From: an uncultured Acidimicrobiaceae bacterium
Lineage (GTDB): Bacteria; Actinomycetota; Acidimicrobiia; Acidimicrobiales; Ilumatobacteraceae
NCBI GenBank assembly: GCA_963792905.1
Contig: CAWBYE010000025.1
Coordinates: 8,637 to 72,636 of the forward strand
DNA length: 64,000 nt
Direction of reading: 5' to 3'
Shown: one piece after another, positions 27,676-37,358 of the stretch
Numbering within the stretch: position 1 is the first letter of the stretch
Layout of the letters: every line of letters starts with the position of its first letter
Made by a program: the position numbers and the translations under genes
Notes under the pieces: generated by a model
Databases searched by the model: none
The model's input: only the letters and a program-made list of their open reading frames with translations
Told to the model about the DNA's origin: nothing

Positions 27676-29747
27676 ATGAACATCACGGTGAACGGCACCT
27701 GCCATCACGACTGTCCGGACTCCTGCGGCTGGACCGTCACGGTCGACGATCACCACGATGATGATCACGAGGATGACCACGACCGGCGCGTCGCAGTCAA
27801 ACTCCGCGGGAACCCCGAGCATCCGTACAGCCACGGCGAGCTGTGCCCCAAGGTCAACCGGTTCCTCGATCGTGTGTACTCACCCGATCGTGTCCTCCAC
27901 CCGCTCCGGCGGGTGGGGCCGAAAGGCAGTGGACGTTTCGAGCAGATCTCCTGGGACGACGCGATGGACGAGATCGGCACACGACTGAACACGATCATCG
28001 ACGAGTTCGGCGGCGAGGCGATCATGCCGTTCAGCGACGCCGGCAACCAGAGCATCCTCGCCACGCAGGGCATCTCCTCTCGTCTGTTCCACCACATCGG
28101 TGCCACGCGGCTACTCCGGAACATCTGCGGACCGACCGTCGGCGCTGGCACCGAGATGACCAACGGGTCGTCGCTCGGCGCCGACGCGATGGACCTCGAG
28201 TTCTCGAAGCTGATCCTGCTCTGGGGCACCAACACCAAGCTCACCAACCGACATCTCTGGCCAGTCGTCGAGAAGGCCCCGCGAACGGTGCCAAGGTCAT
28301 CGTGATCGACCCGATCCGAACGCTCACGGCGGACGACTGCGACCAGTTCATCCAGCCGCTCCCGGGCACCGACATCGCCCTGATGCTCGCGATGATGCAC
28401 GTGATCATCCGCGACGATCTGCTCGACCGGGAGTGGGTCGATGCGCACACGCTCGGGTTCGGCGAGCTGGCCGCCTCTGTCGCCGACAGCACGCCGGCGT
28501 GGGCGGCGCAGCAGTGCGGCGTCGAAGCAAGTGTGATCGCAGCCCTCGCCCACGACTACGCGACCATGGCTCCGGCCGGGATCCGAACGCTGATCGGAGC
28601 GGAGCACCATGAAAACGGGGCGATGTTCTTCCGCACGCTCGCCTGTCTGCCGGCGCTGACCGGCGCATGGCGGCATCGGGGCGGAGGCGTGTTCAAGAGC
28701 GTCGGCTCGTGGCAGGACGCTCTCGTCGACGACGACGCGCTCGGTCGCCCCGACCTTCTCGCGGGTCGTGAGGTCCGCACCCTCAACATGAGCCGGCTCG
28801 GCGAGATCCTGCGCGACGAACAACCACCGGTCCGAGGCTTGATCATCTGGAACTCGAATCCACTCGTGATCGTTCCGAACGCGGAGACGGCACGCATCGG
28901 GATGGCCCGCGACGACCTGTTCACGGTCGTGCACGAGCAGTTCCTCACCGACACGGCGCAATACGCCGACATCGTGCTCCCGGCGACGACCCAGATCGAG
29001 TCGAACGACGTGACACCGGCCTGGGGTCACCTGTGGATGGGGTGGAACGAGGCGGCGATCGAACCACTCGGCGAGGCCGTCAGCAACACCGAGTGCTTCC
29101 GTCGAATCGCCGCTGCGATGGGCCTGACCGAACCGTCGCTGTTCCACGACGACCTGACGATCCTGCGCGAGTGCCTGCCAACGGTCGACATCGACGCGCT
29201 CCGCCGTGACGGATGGATGAAGGTACCGTTCCCCGACGACGGCACACCGTGGGCGGACGGCGGTTTCCCCTCGGAGTCCGGCAGGGTCGAGTTCGCCTCG
29301 ACCACGCTCGAAGCGATGGGGCAACCACGCTTGCCGACGTTCGTGCCGCCGACCGAAGGACCGCAGGGTCCGAACGCCGATCGTTTCCCGCTCCAGCTCC
29401 TCACACCCAAGCACCACACCCGATTCCTCAACTCGGGGTACTCCGACCTCCCGAAGCACGGCCCGGCCGAGGGTGGTCCGTTCGTCGAGCTCGCCGCCGA
29501 CGATGCGGCGGCGCGAGGTCTGACCGACGGCGGCACGGCGCGCGTCTTCAACGATCGTGCGAGTCTCGAACTCCCGGTCAAGGTCAGCGAGCGGGTGCGG
29601 CCCGGCCTCGTGGCGATTCCGTGGGGATGGTGGAGGAACCACCATTCCGACGGCCGCGTCGCCAACGATCTGACCAACGACACCCTGACCGAGTGGGGTG
29701 GCGGTGTCGCCTACAGCGACACGTTGGTCGAGGTCGAGGCCCGATGA
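27676..29747 (+). CDS. Molybdopterin oxidoreductase (YoaE-like), frameshift near 28280
   Basis: CHHDCPDSC...LCPKV Fe-S motif, WGTN, then VIDP..., PGTDIAL, DIVLPA, FLNS, RPG in a second frame. Confidence 0.85.
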
Positions 29748-29822
29748 GCCCAGGCCGGTACCGCTGCCGGCCGTCGTCGAGTCTCCGGTCCTGGTTCGGG
29801 GTCAACGGGTAGCCTGCGCTGC

Positions 29823-31079
29823 ATGGGTGGCGAGCTGATCTACGCATTTCGGGTGATGCGTCTCCCACTGCTCGACGCCGGTGGCGCCGAGATCGGCAAG
29901 ATCGAAGACATCGTCGTGGTTCCCGGTCGCGCCGGTCAGCCGCCGCGGGTGACGGGCTTCGTCGCCTCCAGCCAGCGCAGGCGCATCTTCGTGAACGCCG
30001 CCCGGATCGCCGAACTCGACGCCGACGGGGTGCGTCTCCGGAGCTGGGACGTCGATCTCAACCCCTTCAAACCGCGCCCTGGCGAGACGTTGATCGGTAC
30101 GCAAGTCATCGACCAGCAGCTCGGCGGTGGCGAACGCGTCAGCGACGTCGGGCTCGTCGAGAAGACCGACGGCCGGACGGCGCGGTGGGAGGTCGCCAAG
30201 GTCCGCCTCGCCAGTCGAAACACCCTGCGCCGCCGACCGAGCTACCGGCTCGTGGAATGGAGGGAGGTCGCCCGCCTCTTCGCTGCCAATACGGCGATGG
30301 AGGCCGAGGCGGCGCGGCTGCGCGACATGCATCCGAGCGACGTGGCGCACATCGTGCGCACCATGCCGGTGGCACAGCGACGCCAACTCGCCGAATCGAT
30401 GGACGACGAGCGACTCGCCGACGTGCTCGAGGAGCTCCCCGAGACCGAGCAACTCCGGCTGATCGAGGGTCTCGACCTCGACCGGCTGATCGGGGTGCTC
30501 GAGGAGATGGAATACGACGACCTCGCCGACCTCCTCGGTGAGATGCCCCGGCAGCAACGTACGGCAATCCTCGAAGCGATGGACGACGACGACGCCGAGG
30601 TCGTCACCCGCCTCCTCTCCTACGAGGAGTCGACGGCGGGGGGCATGATGACACCCGAGATCGTGATCCTCGGGCCAGGTGCGACGGTCGCCGAGGCACT
30701 TGCGGAGATCCGCGATCCTGACTGGACCCCGAGCATCGCCAGCCAGATCTTCGTCACCCAGGCTCCGTTCAAACCTCCGACCGGCAAGCAACTCGGCGTC
30801 GTCTTCATGCAACGGCTGTTGCGCGAGCCCCCGAGCATGGAGTTGCGGCACTGCATCGAGGCCGACGTGCCCACTGTGGCGCCCGACACCGACGATCGGG
30901 CTGTGTTCGAGGAGTTCGCTTCCTACGACATGCTCGCGATCGCGGTCGTCGACGAGGCCGGTCGTCTGCTCGGCGCCGTGAGCGTCGACGACGTGGTCGA
31001 CCGCATGCTCGGCGCCGGTTGGCGGCTCCGGCACCGCCGACAGGATCGGGCCGTCGAAGAAGCGGTCGGCTCGACGTGA
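29823..31079 (+). CDS. MgtE N-terminal/CBS domain protein
   Basis: MHPSDVA, DERLADVLEEL, TAGGMMTPE, VVDEAGRLLGAVSVDD. Confidence 0.88.
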   Translation: MGGELIYAFRVMRLPLLDAGGAEIGKIEDIVVVPGRAGQPPRVTGFVASSQRRRIFVNAARIAELDADGVRLRSWDVDLNPFKPRPGETLIGTQVIDQQLGGGERVSDVGLVEKTDGRTARWEVAKVRLASRNTLRRRPSYRLVEWREVARLFAANTAMEAEAARLRDMHPSDVAHIVRTMPVAQRRQLAESMDDERLADVLEELPETEQLRLIEGLDLDRLIGVLEEMEYDDLADLLGEMPRQQRTAILEAMDDDDAEVVTRLLSYEESTAGGMMTPEIVILGPGATVAEALAEIRDPDWTPSIASQIFVTQAPFKPPTGKQLGVVFMQRLLREPPSMELRHCIEADVPTVAPDTDDRAVFEEFASYDMLAIAVVDEAGRLLGAVSVDDVVDRMLGAGWRLRHRRQDRAVEEAVGST

Positions 31080-31591
31080 AGCGCCGCCGCAACGAGCTGA
31101 GTCAGCCGCGGCGCGGCGGTCGGTTCGACCTGTCGTACGACTCCGAGGCGTTCGGGGTGTTCAGCGAGTCGATCGCCCGCTACCTCGGCACCGCTCGATT
31201 CCTGGTCTTCCAGACGATCGTCATCGTCGTCTGGCTGGCGCTCAACATCCTGCCCCCCGAGCCGTACCAGTTCGACCCGTGGGATCGCGGCCTCGTGCTC
31301 CTCACTCTCGTGCTGTCACTGCAGGCGTCGTACGCTGCGCCGCTGATCCTGCTCGCACAGAACCGGCAGGAGCGACGTGACCGGGTGGCCGCCGATCACG
31401 ACCGTGAGGTCGCCGAGCGCACACAGGCCGACACCGAGTTCCTCGCTCGCGAGATCGCCGGCGTGCGGCTCGTCCTGGCCGACGTCGTGACCGGTGAGGA
31501 GCTCCGTGATCAACTCGATGCGCTCACGAAGTCGATCGAACGGCTCGGTGAGCGGCTCGATGAACTCACACCCAAGACGGCCGGCGCCTGA
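31076..31591 (+). CDS. DUF1003 membrane protein
   Basis: QFDP....LLTLVLSLQASYAAPLILLAQNRQ; coupled to the MgtE-like gene. Confidence 0.88.
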   Translation: MKRRRNELSQPRRGGRFDLSYDSEAFGVFSESIARYLGTARFLVFQTIVIVVWLALNILPPEPYQFDPWDRGLVLLTLVLSLQASYAAPLILLAQNRQERRDRVAADHDREVAERTQADTEFLAREIAGVRLVLADVVTGEELRDQLDALTKSIERLGERLDELTPKTAGA

Positions 31592-31602
31592 CCGCCCGGA
31601 GT

Positions 31603-32532
31603 TCAGAACGACTGCGGCACGCCGGTGAACTCCTGGAGGCGAACTCCGGCGGCCTCCACCCGTCGCAGCAGTCCCAGAGTGTCCAGGTCGGCGTCGCTCG
31701 TGACCACGGCCCCGGTGGGCAACTCGCCGGCCGAAGCCGAGGCCGCGAACACCGCAGCGATCGTCGCCGACGCCGTCCCGACCAGTTCCGCCGCGCCGAG
31801 GATGCGCGTCTCGCGTGCGCCACCGGCGGCACTGCCGCGCACCTCGACCCTGAGCGCGCCGACCCTCCCCTCCCGGTGCGGTGGCCGCAGCATCGGCAGT
31901 CGCGCCGTGAGCCGGTCACGCCGGCGAGCCGACCGGCGGGCGTCGATCCGTTGGACCTCCGGGAACGAGTGGTGCAGGAGCACGGGGCTGGCGATCTCGG
32001 CGTGATAGCAGTCACGGGCACCGACCGGCTCCGGAAACCAGCACAACTCTCGTCCGCCACCGCCGAGTGAGTAGCGCCAACCGTCTTCACGCCAACTCAC
32101 ACCACGCCCGCTGAGCGATCGGTGGTGTTCTCGTGCGCAGCTCGGTCCGGCCGTGCCGTGCACGGCGATGTGGATCTCGTCGACCGTGACCATGTCGAAC
32201 GCGAGATACCGAGCGAGCAGTCCGGAGAGACCTGGCGTGAGCGCAGCACCGATGACGAGCGTCGATGCCGTGGACAGGAAGTCGTGATCGAGTGACATCA
32301 GCTCGCGCGTGTCGTCGAGCCCGTCCCCGACGGTCACCACCGAAGCCCCGCGCCGCCCGAACGCACGGGCGAGCGGTGCGTGTTCGACCGGGTGCGCCAG
32401 GACGGCGACGTCGCCGTGGTCGACCAGCGGGGTCGGCTCGAGTCGCGGGTCGTGGATGCGGACGTCGAACTCCGCGAGCATGCGCTCGATCCGCCGGCCG
32501 ACGATGCCGCGACCGACAATCCAGATCGCCAT
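31603..32532 (-). CDS. Rossmann-fold oxidoreductase-like hypothetical protein
   Basis: IVGRGIVG N-terminal dinucleotide motif; LTPGLSGLLA resembles saccharopine dehydrogenase-like proteins. Confidence 0.65.
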   Translation of the reverse strand: MAIWIVGRGIVGRRIERMLAEFDVRIHDPRLEPTPLVDHGDVAVLAHPVEHAPLARAFGRRGASVVTVGDGLDDTRELMSLDHDFLSTASTLVIGAALTPGLSGLLARYLAFDMVTVDEIHIAVHGTAGPSCAREHHRSLSGRGVSWREDGWRYSLGGGGRELCWFPEPVGARDCYHAEIASPVLLHHSFPEVQRIDARRSARRRDRLTARLPMLRPPHREGRVGALRVEVRGSAAGGARETRILGAAELVGTASATIAAVFAASASAGELPTGAVVTSDADLDTLGLLRRVEAAGVRLQEFTGVPQSF

Positions 32533-32676
32533 CAGCGTTCCCGCGTCAGGTGGCAGCTCGAGCGGTCGCCAGCCCCCGTGCTGTGGCGGGGTGCCGCCGC
32601 GCCCGCGCACGCGGAGACCTGCGGCGGCGATGCCCGCCATCGTCAACGCCCCCAGGATGCGCCGCAGCAACTTCAT
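32530..32676 (-). CDS. Small membrane/basic peptide (MKLLRRILGALTMAGIAAAGLRVRG...)
   Basis: Hydrophobic helix then GRGGTPPQHGGWR; reads in frame into the next gene, but a TGATG overlap suggests a separate gene with an indel. Confidence 0.5.
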
Positions 32677-32767
32677 GGCTCGACCGTATCCGGTCGTCGG
32701 CGACGTTACCCACGGGCACGAGGTACAGCAGTGCCGAGCGCCACACCCAGTCGGTACGGTCCGACGC

Positions 32768-34896
32768 ATGACCAGCGCTGTCGTCGAACCGCCGCGGCCC
32801 ACGCCCGAGGACGTCGAACGTGAGCTGGCCGGGCACGTGCGGGCGTTGGCCGGGCCCGATGCCGTACCGCGTGCCGAGCAGATCGACGCCGTGACGGCTG
32901 TGGTCGCCGGACGCCGCCGCACCCTGCTGGTTGCCCGCACCGGGTTCGGCAAGTCGGCGGTCTACTTCTCGGCGACGCGAATGCTGCGGGACCGGGGGTG
33001 GGGGCCGACCGTCGTCGTGTCACCGCTGCTCGCACTGATGCGCGACCAGGTCGCGGCCGCCGAACGACTCGGCCTGGTCGCGGTCACCATCAACTCGTCC
33101 AACATCGATCGCTGGGCCGAGACCGAGGAACAGATCCGATGCGATGAGATCGACCTGCTGCTCATTGCGCCCGAGCGGCTCGCCAACGCCGGGTTCCGCC
33201 GCCGCGTCTTCGACACGATGCAGACGCAAGCGTTCGCGCTGGTCTGCGACGAGGCCCACTGCATCTCCGACTGGGGCCACGACTTCCGGCCCGACTACCG
33301 GCGGCTCCGGCGGCTCCTCGAGGAGCTGCCGCACCTGGACTCCTGTGCTGGCGACGACCGCAACGGCGAACCAACGAGTGACCGACGACGTCGCCGCCCA
33401 ACTCGGCGCCGACACGCTCGTGCTCAGAACCTCGCTCGACCGCGACGTCGCTCCACCTGTCGGTCGTCGACCTCCCCGACGACGCCCATCGACTCGCCTG
33501 GCTGGCCGAGTCACCCTCGACGAGCTCGCCGGGTCGGGCATCGTGTACTGCCTCACGGTCGAGCAGGCCGACACGACGGCGGCCTGGCTGCGCAGCCGCG
33601 GCCATCGGGCCGAGGCGTACACCGGGTCGGTCGAGCCCGAACAGCGACTCGGGTTGGAGTCGGCACTGCGTGCCAACGAACTGAAGGCCCTGGTGGCGAC
33701 CTCGGCGCTGGGGATGGGTTTCGACAAGGGCGACTTGGCGTTCTGTGTCCATCTCGGCCTGCCGCCGACACCCGTCGCGTACTATCAGCAGGTCGGACGC
33801 GCCGGGCGCGCGCTCGACCGAGCCGAGGTGATCGCCCTGCCCCGGCCGATCGAGGACGCCGCAGTGTGGCGGTGGTTCGAGGCCGTGTCGCTCCCCAGCG
33901 AAGAGATCTGCCGATCGGTCATCGACCTCCTCGACCGCGTGAGCCGACATCGCTGGTCGCCCTCGAACCGAACGTCAACCTCGGTCGAAGCCGACTGGGC
34001 ATCCTGCTCAGCATCCTCGAGGTCGACGGCGCGATCGACCGAGCGGGAACCGGGTTCGTCCGCACCGACGAGCACTGGACCTACGACCACGAGCTCGTCG
34101 ACGACGCTCCGCGAGCTCCGTCGCCGGGAGGCCGACGAGATGCTCACATGGGCGACCCGTTCGTCGTGTCGGCTCCGTTTCCTGCGGGAGGCGCTCGACG
34201 ACACCTCCGCCGACGACTGCGGTCGATGCGATCGCTGCACCGATCGGACTTGGCAGCCGCGAGCCCGATCCACTGCTCGTGGCCGCCGCTCACGACGTGC
34301 TCCGCGGCGGCGATCTCGTCGTCGAGCCCCGGCGTCAGTGGCCCGCGGGTCTGGCCGAACCCAAGGGTCGAATCCCGGCGGAGCTGCAGGCTCGTCCGGG
34401 TCGCGCACTCGCGCGACTCGGTGATGGTGGTTGGAACCCGGTCGTCGAGCAGCTGATTGCGGCGGTGACGCGGGCGACCCATCGAGGTGACCGGACGAAC
34501 TGGTCGAGGCGATCGCAGCGATGCTCAAGCGGTGGGACTGGCAGGCCCGGCCGACCTGGATCTGCCCGGTGCCGTCGCGTCGCCGATCGGCATTGATCGA
34601 CGGCATCGTCGATCGAGCTCGGCTCGCTGGGCAAGCTGCCGGTGTACCGAGCACTCCTCGGCACCGACGAAGCCGGCTTCCAGGCCGAGCAGGCCAACTC
34701 GGCCCACCAGGTCGGCAACGTTTGGACGCGATACCGAGTCGACGTGGCTGCCGTCCCCGACGGTCGGATCCCACCGGGCCCGGTCCTCCTGGTCGACGAC
34801 GAGGTCGACAGCCGATGGACGACCACCGTGGCGGCGTGGCAGCTCGGTACGGCCGGGTCGGGCGCCGTGCTGCCGTTCGCGCTGAGGGCCCGCTGA
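32768..34896 (+). CDS. recQ: RecQ-family ATP-dependent DNA helicase (multiple frameshifts)
   Basis: RTGFGKS, SPLLALMRDQ, DEAHCISDWGHDFRPDY, SGIVYC, ATSALGMGFDK, YYQQVGRAGR and a C-terminal LLVDD segment are distributed over all three frames. Confidence 0.85.
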
Positions 34897-35072
34897 TCAG
34901 CATCGTTGCTGATCAGCGGGCCCCTTCGCGCTGTGTTGGTTACGACCAGCTGGAGCCGCGTCGTACGTTTCTGTTGGTGCTCATCCGAGAATCCCCGTTC
35001 GTTGTCGTCGTCGTCGTGAAGTCGATGGTCATGACCAGCTCGAGCCGCGTCGTGCGTGGTGTGTCGTGATGC

Positions 35073-36863
35073 TCATGACGTCACCTCGCTCGTGACCTCG
35101 TCGATGATTTCTTCGACGAGTGCGACGTCTTCCTCCGTCGTCGAATCGGCGACCGTCGATGTCTCTTCGAGCAACGTGTCGACAATTGTGTCGTTGTCTT
35201 CGAGCAATGACTCGTACAGGTCGTCCTCGTTGACGAGCAGTTCGTCGACGAGCGAGTCGTCCTGCTGGACGAGTTCTTCGTAGATCTCGTCCTCCTGCTC
35301 GAGCACGGCGTCGACCGCGAGGTCCTCGGCCGACTCCACCGGGGCGCCGGCGTCGTTGACGCTCTCCCAGGCGGCACTGGACCAGCTCGCACCGGACCAC
35401 GAAGCACCGGACCACGAAGCACCGGACCACGAAGCACCGGACCACGAAGCACCGGACCACGAAGCACCGGACCAGCTCGCACCGGACCACGAAGCACTGG
35501 ACCAGCTCGCACCGGACCACGAAGCGCCGGACCACGAAGCGCCGGACCACGAAGCGCCGGACCAGCTCGCACCGGACCACGTACCGCCGGACCAGCTCGC
35601 ACCGTTCCAGCCGCCACCCGACCAGGTGGCACCGTTCGGTGAACCCTGACCGGGAGGAATGGCGAGTGGATGGTTCTGAACCGGAGCCCTCGAGGCCTTG
35701 TGGTTTCGGCGTGCCGAAGCCTTCGGGTTGATCTTGCCGTCACCGTCGACGAGGTCGCCGGGTGTGACATCCTTGGCGTACTTGGTGAACAGGTACTTCA
35801 CCTGATCGGGCGTCAGGGACGGGTTCTTCGACAGGAGACCAGCGACGTAGCCGGTCTGGACGGCTGCCGCCTGCGAACTGCCGGAGCCGACGAAGTACTT
35901 CTCGTCGACGACGGCCTGCGGGTGCTGCTGATCGAGGAACGATCCCGGAACCCGGAAGCTCATGACCGACTTGCCCGGTGCCAGGACATCAGGGGTTCGG
36001 TAGGTGTTGCCGCCGGAGGTCCATGTCGGTGCCGTGTCGCCACGTCCCCACGAGTTGTAGGTCTCGGTGGCGCCGACTGCGAGGACGTACGGCGACAGCG
36101 CAGGGCTGTCGATTCCGCCGACCATGTTGCCGCGGTTGCCCGCGGCGGCCACGACGACGATGCCGGCGTTCCAGGCCCGCTCCACGGCTGCCGAGAACGG
36201 ATCGCCGGCGGTCGTCGGAATGCCGCCGGTCCCGAGCGACAAGTTGACGACACGGATGTTCAATCCGTTGTCGTTCTTGTGCTCCACGACCCAGTCGATC
36301 GCAGCGATCACCTGAGCGATGTGTGTCTCGCCGGTCGCACCTGCCACCTTGAGACTCACGAGCCGGCTCTGCGGTGCGATACCGAGGACCCGATCGCCGT
36401 CGTCACCGGCGATGATGCCAGCGAGATGCGTACCGTGTCCGAAGGTGTCGAGGTTCGCCAGATTCGGGATTGCGCCCTCGTTCGAGAGGTCGGGACCGTA
36501 GATCAGTTTGCCCGCCTGATCGAGGCCGTGCACCGGCGTGACACCCGAGTCGATCAGCGCGACGTCGATGCCCTGACCGAGCGCACCCTGCTGGTCGAAC
36601 TGCCTCTCTGCCTTCTTGCGGATCAGCGACAACGGAACCGGCTGCCCCGGCTCGACCGACATCGAGAGCGTGATTTCCGCCTCGCCGGTCACCGTCGGCA
36701 GCAGCGACGCTGCCGATTCCGCATCGGGTGTCACCGCAGAGGTGATCGCCATGCCGAGCGCGGCAACTGCCGCCACTCCGCCCAGGAGCGCGCCGCGAGC
36801 TCTTCGAGCCCGCTCCCGCCCCTGTGTCGTGGGTGGCTTCCGCCACCCGGTTCGTACCGCCAT
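35073..36863 (-). CDS. S8 (subtilisin-like) serine peptidase with Trp-rich repeats and an acidic tail
   Basis: ALIDSG, FGHGTHLAG, AAGN, GSGSSQAAA; N-terminal hydrophobic signal/anchor. Confidence 0.9.
   Translation of the reverse strand: MAVRTGWRKPPTTQGRERARRARGALLGGVAAVAALGMAITSAVTPDAESAASLLPTVTGEAEITLSMSVEPGQPVPLSLIRKKAERQFDQQGALGQGIDVALIDSGVTPVHGLDQAGKLIYGPDLSNEGAIPNLANLDTFGHGTHLAGIIAGDDGDRVLGIAPQSRLVSLKVAGATGETHIAQVIAAIDWVVEHKNDNGLNIRVVNLSLGTGGIPTTAGDPFSAAVERAWNAGIVVVAAAGNRGNMVGGIDSPALSPYVLAVGATETYNSWGRGDTAPTWTSGGNTYRTPDVLAPGKSVMSFRVPGSFLDQQHPQAVVDEKYFVGSGSSQAAAVQTGYVAGLLSKNPSLTPDQVKYLFTKYAKDVTPGDLVDGDGKINPKASARRNHKASRAPVQNHPLAIPPGQGSPNGATWSGGGWNGASWSGGTWSGASWSGASWSGASWSGASWSGASWSSASWSGASWSGASWSGASWSGASWSGASWSGASWSGASWSSAAWESVNDAGAPVESAEDLAVDAVLEQEDEIYEELVQQDDSLVDELLVNEDDLYESLLEDNDTIVDTLLEETSTVADSTTEEDVALVEEIIDEVTSEVTS
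35367..35624 (-). repeat. 15-bp coding repeat encoding 17 x WSGAS
   Basis: Units such as GGACCACGAAGCACC; 255 bp between first and last Trp codons. Confidence 0.95.
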
Positions 36864-37206
36864 GTTGTGGTCTCCTCTTCGTTGAAAACACTGTTCTTTC
36901 GAACCCCACCCATTGTGGTGGATTTGACACTTTGTGTGGATCAAGACACATTCAAGGCTGAATCAAGCCGTCCCCTTGGGCCACGGAACCCCGTAATAAC
37001 GGGCGTTCGTCGGCCTGGACGGGGCTCCGGCCACCGATCAACTGAATACCGGCCCACACGCCGCGGGACCGATCCAGCGCCGATGTCACCGATCGTGAGA
37101 CCGCGAACTTCACATGGACCTGCACCTTGATTGACACAAACCGCACACGGTCGGCCTGCTGTGCCGGAGGCGGACGCGTTCGCCGTGCTTCGGCAGCGCT
37201 CCAACG

Positions 37207-37324
37207 GTCGGGTCAACGCTGAGGTCGGCGCAGCATCGCGTGCAACCGGGATCGAGTCGACGTCGGGTCAACGCTGGGGTCGGCGCAGCATCGCGTGCGA
37301 CCGGGATCGAGTCGACGTCGGGTC
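37207..37324. repeat. 55-bp intergenic direct repeat x2.1
   Basis: GTCGGGTCAACGCTGRGGTCGGCGCAGCATCGCGTGCRACCGGGATCGAGTCGAC at 37207 and 37262; partial third copy at 37317. Confidence 0.9.
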
Positions 37325-37358
37325 GCCGGAATCGCGGTGACGGACGCCGATATCCAGA

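Noticed and set aside
31603-32676. Fusion of the small membrane peptide with the Rossmann protein
   Set aside because: A TGATG stop/start overlap exists one frame over, so an indel is the simpler explanation.
35367-35624. 15-bp array as a non-coding repeat or CRISPR
   Set aside because: It is in frame within the S8 gene and varies at synonymous positions.
36864-37200. c-di-GMP or c-di-AMP riboswitch upstream of the S8 gene
   Set aside because: Conserved motifs of these classes were not recognised by eye; needs an Infernal scan.
37207-37324. 55-bp repeat as mini-CRISPR
   Set aside because: The whole unit is duplicated with no unique spacer; only about 2 copies.
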